A stretch of 64,000 nt of DNA from Anaerolineales bacterium (GTDB lineage Bacteria; Chloroflexota; Anaerolineae; Anaerolineales; E44-bin32): assembly GCA_048054495.1 (NCBI GenBank), contig JBGMQN010000071.1, forward strand, positions 9,632 to 73,631, written 5' to 3'. A model generated the notes under the pieces. The model was given only the letters and a program-made list of their open reading frames with translations, was not told where the DNA came from and searched no databases. Position numbers and translations under genes: made by a program. Numbering within the stretch: the stretch's first letter is position 1; each line of letters opens with the position of its first letter. Below are positions 1-8,569 of the stretch, piece by piece.

Positions 1-1025
1 AGGGATCTCGGCTAGCTGCAGGGGAGGCGAGCGATCAGACCATGCTAGATTTCGCGATCTCCGCTGAAGCGGTTTGGGCCTGCACCTCGTGCGGTGCCTG
101 CGTGGAGGTGTGTCCCGTCGGAAACGAACCCATGCGGGATATCCTGGAGATCCGCCGGAACCTGGTTTTGATGGAGAACGAATTTCCGGAACAACTTCAA
201 ACCGCCTACCGGGGGATGGAAAGAACGGCCAATCCCTGGAACATCCCGGCGGAAGAACGTCTGAAATGGGCGGAGGGGCTGGACGTTCCGACCATTCAAC
301 AGAACCCAGAACCCGAGATATTGTGGTGGGTAGGCTGCGCGGCCGCGACGGACTCCCGGGCGCAGCGCACGGCCCGTGCATTTGCCAAGGTACTTAATAA
401 GGCCGGGGTCAACTTCGCGGTCCTGGGGACCCAGGAGAAATGCACCGGAGACGCCGCACGTCGATCCGGTAATGAATACCTTTTTAATGAGCTTGCGAGC
501 AGCAATGTGGAGATTCTAAACCGGGTCAACGCTCCACGTATCGTCGCTATCTGTCCCCACTGCCTGCATACGATAAAAACGGAGTATCCGGCCTTCGGTG
601 GAGAATATGAAGTTGTTCACCATTCAGAGTACATTCAAGAGTTGATCACCTCCGGTCGTTTGCAGTCCAATGGGGATCCGATCTTGGAGAACGTGACTTT
701 CCACGACCCCTGCTATTTGGGCCGGCAAAACGGCATTGTGGCGGCACCCCGGGAAGCGCTGGGACTGGTGGACATTCGACTCCATGAGATGCCGAGGAAT
801 GGAACCGATTCATTTTGCTGTGGGGCAGGAGGGGCCCAGTTCTGGAAGGAGGAAGAATCGGGTCAGGAGCGAGTCAGTGCGGATCGCATCCGGGAAGCGG
901 AGGGGACAGGCGCAAACACCTTGGCTGTGGGATGTCCGTTCTGCCTGATCATGCTCTCGGATGCATCGCAGAATGGGATGCAGGTACGCGACCTGGCCGA
1001 AATCGTGGCCGAGCGCGTGAGTTAA
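1..1025 (+). CDS. Fe-S oxidoreductase with HdrD/GlpC-like CCG domains (5' end probably outside window)
   Basis: The frame is open from base 3 up to the listed ATG at 42. Ferredoxin-type motif CTSCGACVEVCP is followed by Cys-rich CCG-type motifs (CPHC, HDPCYLGR, FCCGAGG, GCPFC). Confidence 0.75.
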   Translation, partial: GSRLAAGEASDQTMLDFAISAEAVWACTSCGACVEVCPVGNEPMRDILEIRRNLVLMENEFPEQLQTAYRGMERTANPWNIPAEERLKWAEGLDVPTIQQNPEPEILWWVGCAAATDSRAQRTARAFAKVLNKAGVNFAVLGTQEKCTGDAARRSGNEYLFNELASSNVEILNRVNAPRIVAICPHCLHTIKTEYPAFGGEYEVVHHSEYIQELITSGRLQSNGDPILENVTFHDPCYLGRQNGIVAAPREALGLVDIRLHEMPRNGTDSFCCGAGGAQFWKEEESGQERVSADRIREAEGTGANTLAVGCPFCLIMLSDASQNGMQVRDLAEIVAERVS

Positions 1026-1037
1026 AGGAGAAACTGA

Positions 1038-2045
1038 ATGGAAGCTCAGGAAGATCTCCAGGTCGATCTCAACAAGGAGAGCCTGCTTGAAATGTATTGG
1101 CTGATCGTGCTCTCCCGCCGGCTGGACGAACGAACCTGGGTGCTCCACCGACAGGGAAAGATCGCTTTTCACATCTCGGGCATTGGACACGAGGCGGCGC
1201 AGGTAGGCGCCGCCATGGCTCTACGCAGGGGGCAAGATTGGGTGGTGCCCTACTATCGCGACCTGGCCTTGATGCTTGCGCTCGGATTAACGCCGAAGGA
1301 ATTTATGCTCGGTGTGATGGGAAAGAAGGGCGAACCCAGTTCGGGCGCCCGACAGATGCCCAGCCACTGGAGTCTGAAGCGTATGAATGTAGTCAGCCAC
1401 TCATCACCGGTTGCCACCCAGGCGCCCCATGCCTCTGGAATAGGCTTTGCCATCAAAATGCGCGGCGATGATGTGGTCGTGCTCACTTCCATTGGGGAGG
1501 GATCAACCTCCCAGGGCGAGTGGTATGAGGCGGTCAACTGGGCCGCAGTGCATCAACTACCGGTCGTGTTCATGGTGGAGAACAACTTGTACGCGATCTC
1601 GGTCCGTCAGGAACGGCAGATGGCGGTCGAGCACGTGGCCGATAAGGCGGCCGGCCTGGGCCTGCCAGGTGTGACGGTAGATGGCCTGGATGCTTTGGCG
1701 GTCCATCAAGTGATGACGGAGGCTGTCGATCGCGCGCGTTCGGGAGGCGGTCCAACGGTCGTCGAAACCATGGTCAATCGAATGACCCCTCACTCCTCGG
1801 ATGATGACGATCGATCCTATCGAACGCGGGAAGAACTAGAAGCGCTCAAAGCTCAGGACCCGCTGGATTTGCATCGGGACAAGCTACTTGCCGCGGGTAT
1901 CCTCACCGAAGAGACGGAGCGCGAAGTACAGGCGCGGGCAAAGGGAGAGGTAGACGAGGCCGTGGCGTTCGCGACGGAAGCTCCTTATCCGGATATATCC
2001 GAGGCGAGTTATCCGGTGTACGCGGAGGACCGTAGAGATGACTGA
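1038..2045 (+). CDS. 2-oxoacid (branched-chain/pyruvate) dehydrogenase E1 alpha subunit, TPP-dependent
   Basis: Listed ORF. It has a TPP-binding region (GEGSTSQGEWYEAVNWAAVHQLPVVFMVENNLYAIS). It is the first gene of an E1a-E1b-E2-E3 series and overlaps the next gene by 8 nt. Confidence 0.9.
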   Translation: MEAQEDLQVDLNKESLLEMYWLIVLSRRLDERTWVLHRQGKIAFHISGIGHEAAQVGAAMALRRGQDWVVPYYRDLALMLALGLTPKEFMLGVMGKKGEPSSGARQMPSHWSLKRMNVVSHSSPVATQAPHASGIGFAIKMRGDDVVVLTSIGEGSTSQGEWYEAVNWAAVHQLPVVFMVENNLYAISVRQERQMAVEHVADKAAGLGLPGVTVDGLDALAVHQVMTEAVDRARSGGGPTVVETMVNRMTPHSSDDDDRSYRTREELEALKAQDPLDLHRDKLLAAGILTEETEREVQARAKGEVDEAVAFATEAPYPDISEASYPVYAEDRRDD

Positions 2046-3024
2046 GATGACTCTGATCGAAGGCCTGCGTCAGGGCATGGATGAAGAGCTCGAAAGAGAC
2101 GAGCGCGTTTTCATCGTAGGTGAAGATGTCGGGCCGCGCGGCGGCGTTTTTCGCGCCACTCAAGGTCTTTATGAGAAGTACGGCGAAGATCGAGTGGTCG
2201 ATTCACCCCTGGCCGAGCTATCGATTGTAGGAATCGGCATTGGGACTGCACTGTACGGGATGCGACCCATTTGCGAGATCCAGTTTGCAGACTTTATCTA
2301 TCCCGCCTTCAATCAGATTGTCAGTGAAGCGGCTCGCATGTGCTATCGATCCGGCGGCGAGTGGACCGTGCCCATGGTCATTCGTGCCCCCTATGGCGGG
2401 GGAATCGGCGGTGGGCTCTACCATTCGCAATCCGTCGAAGCGTTTTTCGCCCATGTTCCGGGATTGAAAGTCGTCGTTCCTTCCACGCCATACGACGCGA
2501 AGGGCCTGCTGAAGTCGGCGGTGCGGGATCCCAACCCGGTCATTTACCTGGAGCCGAAGAAAGGCTACCGGTTGATCCGAGGGGAAGTACCGGATGACGA
2601 GGAAGTGCTCGTGCCCATCGGGCCGGCACGCATATCACGAGAAGGAACGGATCTTTCGGTATTCGCCTACGGGATGATGCATCACTATTGTCTTGAGGCG
2701 GCTGAGAGGGTTTCCCAGGAAGGGATTGACACAGAACTGGTCGACCTGAGAACGCTCAAGCCGGTCGATCGTGAGGCCGTGCTGGCCTCTGTGGCCAAGA
2801 CGGGGAAGGCCTTGATCGTCCACGAAGACAATCTGACCGGAGGCTACGGGGCGGAAATCGCCGCCATCCTGGCGGAGGAAGCATTTGCAGACCTGGATGC
2901 TCCGGTGCGTAGACTGGCCGGACCAGACGTGCCCGCCATGCCTTACAGCCATCCGTTGCAGGACTGGTTTATGCCAGATGCGGATAGAATCGCAGATGCC
3001 ATTCGGGAGCTGGCTGCCTACTGA
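2038..3024 (+). CDS. 2-oxoacid dehydrogenase E1 beta subunit
   Basis: Transketolase-like pyrimidine-binding and C-terminal domains (FIVGEDVG..GGVFRAT, DSPLAE, EIQFADF). Position in the operon supports the call. Confidence 0.9.
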   Translation: MTEMTLIEGLRQGMDEELERDERVFIVGEDVGPRGGVFRATQGLYEKYGEDRVVDSPLAELSIVGIGIGTALYGMRPICEIQFADFIYPAFNQIVSEAARMCYRSGGEWTVPMVIRAPYGGGIGGGLYHSQSVEAFFAHVPGLKVVVPSTPYDAKGLLKSAVRDPNPVIYLEPKKGYRLIRGEVPDDEEVLVPIGPARISREGTDLSVFAYGMMHHYCLEAAERVSQEGIDTELVDLRTLKPVDREAVLASVAKTGKALIVHEDNLTGGYGAEIAAILAEEAFADLDAPVRRLAGPDVPAMPYSHPLQDWFMPDADRIADAIRELAAY

Positions 3025-3102
3025 CTCGCAGTCGGGCGTCAGCTGACAACCTGCGGAAGAATGGATTTATCAGGGCTAGAATGCTGCTAGACGGAGAGAA
3101 GC

Positions 3103-4413
3103 ATGACAACTGAGGTCATCATGCCCAAGCTCGGCGAATCCGTGGTGGAAGGCACCGTAACAAAGTGGCTCAGGCACCAAGACGACCGCATCGAGGAATT
3201 CGAACCGCTGGTAGAGATCAATACGGACAAGGTCGATACGGAGGTGCCATCGCCAGCCACGGGCACGATCCTGAAGTTGTTCGTCGCCGAAGGAGAAACG
3301 GTGAACGCGGGAACGCTGCTGGCGGTAATCGGTGAGCCGGGAGAAGAGCTCCCGGACGCGCCCCCGGCTCAGCGTCAGCCGGATGCGCCGCCGGCCGGCG
3401 GTCGCGATGGAGAAGTCCAGACGATGGCCGCGGAGGCCAGCGCCCCGGCGGTTCCAAAGGTCAGCGGCGGAGATCTCGGATTCATCTCCCCGGTCGTCGC
3501 CCGCATCGCTGCCGAACACAATATAGACCTCAGTCAGGTCTCTGGAACTGGAAGCGGAGGTCGGATCACAAAGAAAGACGTGCTGACTTACGTCGAGGGC
3601 CGTCAAACGGCCGCACCGTGGGAGGAACCGGCCTCGGGTGAGCTCTTCCGGCCCACCGAGGAGATCTTTGGCAAGAAGCCGCCCGCGGCAGCAGAGCCCG
3701 CTGCACGAGCAGGTACGGTCCTGCCTCTGGATGCCGTGCGCACACGGATTGCGGAGCACATGGTTCGCTCCAAGCGCACCAGCGCGCACGTTACGACGCT
3801 GATGGAGGCGGACCTGGGGCGTGTGATTGCCCACCGCAATGTCCGCAAGGAATCCTTCGAGCGCGAAGGTGTCAATCTGACCCTCACGGCCTATTTCGTC
3901 GCGGCCGCGGTCGAAGCATTGAAGGAAGTTCCTATCGTCAATTCCTCATGGAGCGAGGGTGGGATCGTGCTGCACAAGGCGGCGAACATCGGTGTGGCGG
4001 TTTCCCTCGGGGAAGCGGGATTGATCGTGCCAGTGGTCAAGAACGCCGAGCAATTGTCGCTGCTGGCGATCGCCAAGACGATCAATGACCTGGCCGAACG
4101 CGCCCGTGGTCACAAGCTGGTCCCGGATGAGGTTCAAGGCGGGACATTTACGATCACGAATCATGGTATAAGCGGCTCGCTTTTCGCTACACCGATCATC
4201 AATCAGCCCCAATGCGCCATTCTGGGTATTGGTGCACTTCAGAAACGCCCGGTGGTCATTGAGGGGATGTCACCCAGCGGCGAGCCAGAGGATTCGCTAG
4301 CGATACGCCCGATGATCTATCTCACGCTCACCTTCGACCACCGTATCATCGACGGCGCCATAGGGGATCGTTTTCTGGGCATCGTTGTGCAACGCCTGCA
4401 GTCCTGGGCCTGA
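3103..4413 (+). CDS. Dihydrolipoamide acyltransferase E2
   Basis: Lipoyl domain with lysine context EINTDKVDTEVPS, an Ala/Pro-rich linker, a subunit-binding domain (ISPVVARIAAEHNIDLSQVSGTGSGGRITKKDV), and the catalytic DHRIIDG motif. Confidence 0.92.
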   Translation: MTTEVIMPKLGESVVEGTVTKWLRHQDDRIEEFEPLVEINTDKVDTEVPSPATGTILKLFVAEGETVNAGTLLAVIGEPGEELPDAPPAQRQPDAPPAGGRDGEVQTMAAEASAPAVPKVSGGDLGFISPVVARIAAEHNIDLSQVSGTGSGGRITKKDVLTYVEGRQTAAPWEEPASGELFRPTEEIFGKKPPAAAEPAARAGTVLPLDAVRTRIAEHMVRSKRTSAHVTTLMEADLGRVIAHRNVRKESFEREGVNLTLTAYFVAAAVEALKEVPIVNSSWSEGGIVLHKAANIGVAVSLGEAGLIVPVVKNAEQLSLLAIAKTINDLAERARGHKLVPDEVQGGTFTITNHGISGSLFATPIINQPQCAILGIGALQKRPVVIEGMSPSGEPEDSLAIRPMIYLTLTFDHRIIDGAIGDRFLGIVVQRLQSWA

Positions 4414-4501
4414 GAACGGCCCGCAGAAATCCCGGATTTCCCGACTGCCACGATGAACAAAACATTGGGCGCGTCCTGGGCCCATTTTGGAGGGAAGCTA
4501 A

Positions 4502-5899
4502 ATGCCTGATTATGACGTCGTGGTGATAGGTGCGGGACCGGGAGGTTACGTCTGCGCCATCCGCGCTGCGCAGTTGGGGCTCAAGACGGCCATCGTAGAC
4601 CGCGAGTGGCTCGGGGGGGTTTGCCTCAATGTCGGATGTATCCCCTCCAAGGCGCTGCTGAAAAACGCTGAGCTGGCACATGTCCTAAGAGAAAGAGGCG
4701 AGGAATTCGGATTTGCAGTAGAGGGCCTGGAGCTAGATTACGGACGGGCGGTTGAGCGCAGCCGAGAAGTCGCCGATCGGTTGGTGAAGGGCGTCGGCTT
4801 CTTAATGAAGAAGAACGAAATCGACGTCCATATGGGCGAAGCGGTCCTGCGCACGTCCCATTCGATCGCGGTCACCAGTTCCGAGGGGGAAGAGACCGAA
4901 CTTGGGGCGAAGAACATCGTAATCGCCACCGGCGCGAGCGCGGCTTCCATCCCCGGAATGGAGATCGATGGGGAGCGAGTATTGACCTATCGCGAAGCCA
5001 TCCTTCAGACCCAGGCCCCGAAGTCGGTGCTGATTGTGGGGTCAGGTGCTGTGGGTCTCGAATTCGCCACCATCTGGAACGGCTACGGGGTCGAGGTGAG
5101 CATCGTGGAGATGCTTCCACGTATCGCTCCGCTTGAGGACGAAGATGTCAGCAAGGAGCTTGCCAAGGAGTTCCGCAAGCGCGGCATCAAGATCATGACA
5201 GGCACCAAGGTGGATAACATCGAGGTGCTCAAGACCAAGGTGAAGGCCACGGTTACCGGCGAATCGGGAGAGGAAATTCTCGAGGCCGAGCAGGCTTTGG
5301 TAGCGGTCGGCTTCCGACCCAACACTAAGGGGTTTGGATTGGAGGACCTCGGTGTGCAGCTTACTGAGTCGGGAATGGTGGAGATCGACGAGCGCATGGC
5401 CACTAACGTCCCGGGGATCTGGGCCATCGGCGATGTGACCGGGAAGCTACAACTGGCCCACGTCGCAATGGCGATGGGCATCGTGTGCTCCGAAAACATC
5501 GCAGGCGCAGAGACGATCGAACTCAATTACGAGATGATGCCGCGGGCCACGTATTCTCATCCTCAGGTTGCCTCTTTCGGCATGACGGAGGCCCAGGCCG
5601 AACAGCGAGGGTACGAGGTCCATATCGGCAGGTTCCCCTTCCTGGCCAACGGAAAATCGCTTGGAATGGGCGAAACTGCGGGGTGGATTAAACTAATCTC
5701 GGATGCACGCTACGGCGAGATTCTGGGAGCACACTTGATCGGACCGGAAGTAACCGAATTGCTGCCGGAACTGACACTCGCCCAGAGCATGGAACTTACG
5801 CTTGCCGAAATTGCACGTAATGTCCATGCGCATCCCACGCTAAGTGAAGCTATCATGGAGGCGGCACATGCCGCCGAGGGGGACGCAATTCATATGTAG
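4502..5899 (+). CDS. lpdA: Dihydrolipoyl dehydrogenase E3
   Basis: FAD motif GAGPGGY, redox disulfide GGVCLNVGCIPSK, and C-terminal HAHPTLSE interface motif. Confidence 0.93.
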   Translation: MPDYDVVVIGAGPGGYVCAIRAAQLGLKTAIVDREWLGGVCLNVGCIPSKALLKNAELAHVLRERGEEFGFAVEGLELDYGRAVERSREVADRLVKGVGFLMKKNEIDVHMGEAVLRTSHSIAVTSSEGEETELGAKNIVIATGASAASIPGMEIDGERVLTYREAILQTQAPKSVLIVGSGAVGLEFATIWNGYGVEVSIVEMLPRIAPLEDEDVSKELAKEFRKRGIKIMTGTKVDNIEVLKTKVKATVTGESGEEILEAEQALVAVGFRPNTKGFGLEDLGVQLTESGMVEIDERMATNVPGIWAIGDVTGKLQLAHVAMAMGIVCSENIAGAETIELNYEMMPRATYSHPQVASFGMTEAQAEQRGYEVHIGRFPFLANGKSLGMGETAGWIKLISDARYGEILGAHLIGPEVTELLPELTLAQSMELTLAEIARNVHAHPTLSEAIMEAAHAAEGDAIHM

Positions 5900-5985
5900 G
5901 AGGCTGCAGGCGGTTAGGTGAGGGAGTTTAACTCGGAAAAAAGAGAGATGGTAGCGGTGAGGGCCACCAGATAAGGAGAAAACAG

Positions 5986-7164
5986 ATGAGCGATCCCCAG
6001 ATCATTAGTGGTCTCGAGGGGGTTTTGGTAACTGAGACCCGTTTGAGCAAAGTCGATGGCACGGCAGGCGTGCTCACGATCGGCGGCTTTCCTTTGGAGG
6101 AACTAGCCCCCAACGCCACTTTCGAGGAAGTGCTCCACCTGCTGTGGTTCGATCGGCTGCCCACAGCCTCCGAACTGGAGGAGCTTCGAGTGGAGCTGGC
6201 CGGCCTGCGGATGATCCCGGAGCCGACCATCGATCTTTTGAAGGCGGCCGCGGAGAAGAAGCTCCCGACAATGGACGCGCTGCGCATGGGAGTCGATACG
6301 CTGGCCTTGGTCGACGCCGATCCTTCCGATGTGTCACCGGAGGCGGACGTGCTTCGCGCGAAGGCGGTCACGGCACGCATACCTACCGTGGTTGCGACCT
6401 ATTGGCGCCTGTTGCATGGCGAGGATCCCGTGCCGCCTAACGCGGAAATCGGGCACGCGGCCAATTACCTCTACATGTTGAAGGGGGAGGAAGCCCACCC
6501 CGATGCGGAGCGCGCACTCGAGACCTACATCAACTCGGTCGTTGATCATGGGATGAACAACTCCACCTTCACCTCACGCGTGATCATCAGTACCCGCTCC
6601 GACATCGTATCGGCGGTGGTTGGAGCGATCGGCTCGCTGAAGGGTCCGCTGCACGGCGGTGCTCCTGGTCCGGCGCTGGACATGGTATTCGAAATTCGGG
6701 CGCGGGCGGACGCCTCTGGCAAGGAGCTTAAAGAGGAGGCCGAGATCTGGACGCGTGATGTAGTGGAGGGTGGCGGCCGAATCATGGGATTTGGGCACCG
6801 AGTGTATAAGGTTCGAGATCCGCGTGCAGACGTGCTGGGAGCCGCCGCAGTGAAGCTGTTTGAAGGCGCCGGCGACACCGCACTGTATGACGATGCCATC
6901 GCGGTCGAAGATGTAGTGCTTGACGTGCTTGCAAAGTTGAAACCGGATCGCAGTATCAAGACCAATGTCGAGTTCTACACGGCTCTATTACTGCATGGCG
7001 TGGGCATGGAGACCGGACTGTTCTCGCCCACATTCGCCGTTGGGCGGGTGGGCGGCTGGACGGCCCACATTCTGGAGCAGATTGCGGAAGCGCGGTTGAT
7101 TCGCCCGCGGGCGGCATACGGCGGTGAGCTGGATCGTGTCTGGATTCCGATAGAGGAAAGGTGA
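5986..7164 (+). CDS. gltA: Citrate synthase (small, ~390 aa type)
   Basis: GFGHRVYKVRDPRA signature with overall citrate synthase layout. SD aaggaga lies upstream of the ATG. Confidence 0.9.
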   Translation: MSDPQIISGLEGVLVTETRLSKVDGTAGVLTIGGFPLEELAPNATFEEVLHLLWFDRLPTASELEELRVELAGLRMIPEPTIDLLKAAAEKKLPTMDALRMGVDTLALVDADPSDVSPEADVLRAKAVTARIPTVVATYWRLLHGEDPVPPNAEIGHAANYLYMLKGEEAHPDAERALETYINSVVDHGMNNSTFTSRVIISTRSDIVSAVVGAIGSLKGPLHGGAPGPALDMVFEIRARADASGKELKEEAEIWTRDVVEGGGRIMGFGHRVYKVRDPRADVLGAAAVKLFEGAGDTALYDDAIAVEDVVLDVLAKLKPDRSIKTNVEFYTALLLHGVGMETGLFSPTFAVGRVGGWTAHILEQIAEARLIRPRAAYGGELDRVWIPIEER

Positions 7165-7165
7165 A

Positions 7166-8173
7166 ATGGCGGTGGTCGAGGAGGTCAAACGAGCTAAGGA
7201 GCTGTCGAAGCACAGCATCCTCTCCAAACCCAACGTTGTAGGGGTAGGCTACGGCTATAAAGAGAAGGCTGGACGGCGCACGGCGGATCTGTGCGTCGTT
7301 GCCCTGGTGCGAGTGAAGCTGCCGAAATCCTCCCTGGCGCCACATGAGCTGGTACCTACGACTTTGGATGGCGTTTCGACAGACGTAGTCCAGGTTGGAG
7401 AAATCCGAGCGCTCCAGGAACGAACCGATCGCTGGCGCCCGGCTCCGGGCGGGATCAGCATCGGCCACTATCAGATCACCGCCGGCACTCTGGGAACCGT
7501 GGTGCGGGATGCGGCAACCAATGAGCGGCTGATCCTGTCGAACAACCATGTGCTCGCCAACAGCAACGATGCCGGGCTGGGAGATGCGATCCTTCAGCCG
7601 GGTCCGATCGACGGTGGAAACGTGGATTCCGATACCCTGGCGACACTCGAACGCTTCATCCCCATCAAATTCACAGGTGAGCCATCCGATTGCGGAGTCG
7701 CAAAGTGGGTGGCGGACGCGGCTAACTTCGTTGCCCGCCTCCTGGCCTCCCGTTCGAGACTTGTGCCCATCCGGGAAGATCCGGCGGCCGTCAACCAGGT
7801 GGACGCGGCCGTTGCGCGGCCAGTGGACGACGGCGACCTGCTCAATGAGGTCCTAGATATCGGAGAGGTCAGTGGCGTAGCGGAGCCAACGCTCGGCATG
7901 GCGGTAAGGAAGTCCGGCAGGACGACCGCCTTCACCACAGGCACGATCACCGTGCTCGAAGCAACCATCGACGTCACTTACGGAGAGGGTCGCAAGGCGC
8001 GCTTCGAGGGCCAGATCGTCAGCAGCCCCATGTCGCAAGGGGGCGATTCGGGCTCGCTGCTGGTTGCGGGAGACTCGCTGCAGGCAGTGGGCCTTCTCTA
8101 CGCAGGCTCGAATCAAGCCACAATCTTCAATCCTATAGGGGAAGTGCTGGCCGCGCTGAGGATCGAGCTGTGA
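7166..8173 (+). CDS. Chymotrypsin-fold (S1-like) serine protease with an ~85-aa N-terminal extra domain and no signal peptide
   Basis: His/Asp/Ser candidates appear in chymotrypsin order (SNNHVLAN, VDAAVARP, GGDSGSLLV). The gene starts 1 nt after the citrate synthase stop. Confidence 0.7.
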   Translation: MAVVEEVKRAKELSKHSILSKPNVVGVGYGYKEKAGRRTADLCVVALVRVKLPKSSLAPHELVPTTLDGVSTDVVQVGEIRALQERTDRWRPAPGGISIGHYQITAGTLGTVVRDAATNERLILSNNHVLANSNDAGLGDAILQPGPIDGGNVDSDTLATLERFIPIKFTGEPSDCGVAKWVADAANFVARLLASRSRLVPIREDPAAVNQVDAAVARPVDDGDLLNEVLDIGEVSGVAEPTLGMAVRKSGRTTAFTTGTITVLEATIDVTYGEGRKARFEGQIVSSPMSQGGDSGSLLVAGDSLQAVGLLYAGSNQATIFNPIGEVLAALRIEL

Positions 8174-8445
8174 GTACGGATCCGGCGCTCGAGCGCGCGC
8201 GTCAGATATCGCGCGCTCACTCCGATGCCTTGCTGGCCAAACCCAATGTAGTGGCCGTGGGGGTCGGGTATCGAGAAGGCTCACAATCGGAGCTGATGCT
8301 CGTGGTGATGGTCGAACAAAAGCTGCCGCTGAGCGCGCTCGCTGAAGATGAGATCGTGCCGAGTGAGATCGACGGACTGCCGGTTGACGTACGCGTGGTG
8401 GGGGAAGTGAGCGCGCAAGGGGAAGCAGGGAACCAGGAGCATTGA
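8170..8445 (+). CDS. Small protein paralogous to the N-terminal domain of the upstream protease
   Basis: Its GTG start overlaps the protease stop (GTGA). Residues KPNVVAVGVGYREG...VVMVEQKLPLSALAEDEIVPSEIDGLPVDVRVVGEV align by eye with protease residues ~20-85. Confidence 0.55.
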   Translation: MSTDPALERARQISRAHSDALLAKPNVVAVGVGYREGSQSELMLVVMVEQKLPLSALAEDEIVPSEIDGLPVDVRVVGEVSAQGEAGNQEH

Positions 8446-8569
8446 TGGCTCCGAGCGAGGCCTCCCAGGTTTCACATTGGAGATTGACTGTCCTTGCGAG
8501 GCAAGGGGCTGAGCTTGCGAGGCACGGGCTTGTCCTTTTGCGGCTGGATGCGCCGCCTGGATCCGAAAT

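Noticed and set aside
3076-3834. Long antisense or alternative-frame ORFs throughout the window (e.g. 3076..3834-, 7853..8608-, 25091..26026-, 49714..50547-, 6956..7549-)
   Set aside because: These are typical shadow ORFs of a high-GC genome. They overlap well-supported genes, their translations are Arg/Pro/Gly/Ser-rich, and they carry no motifs.
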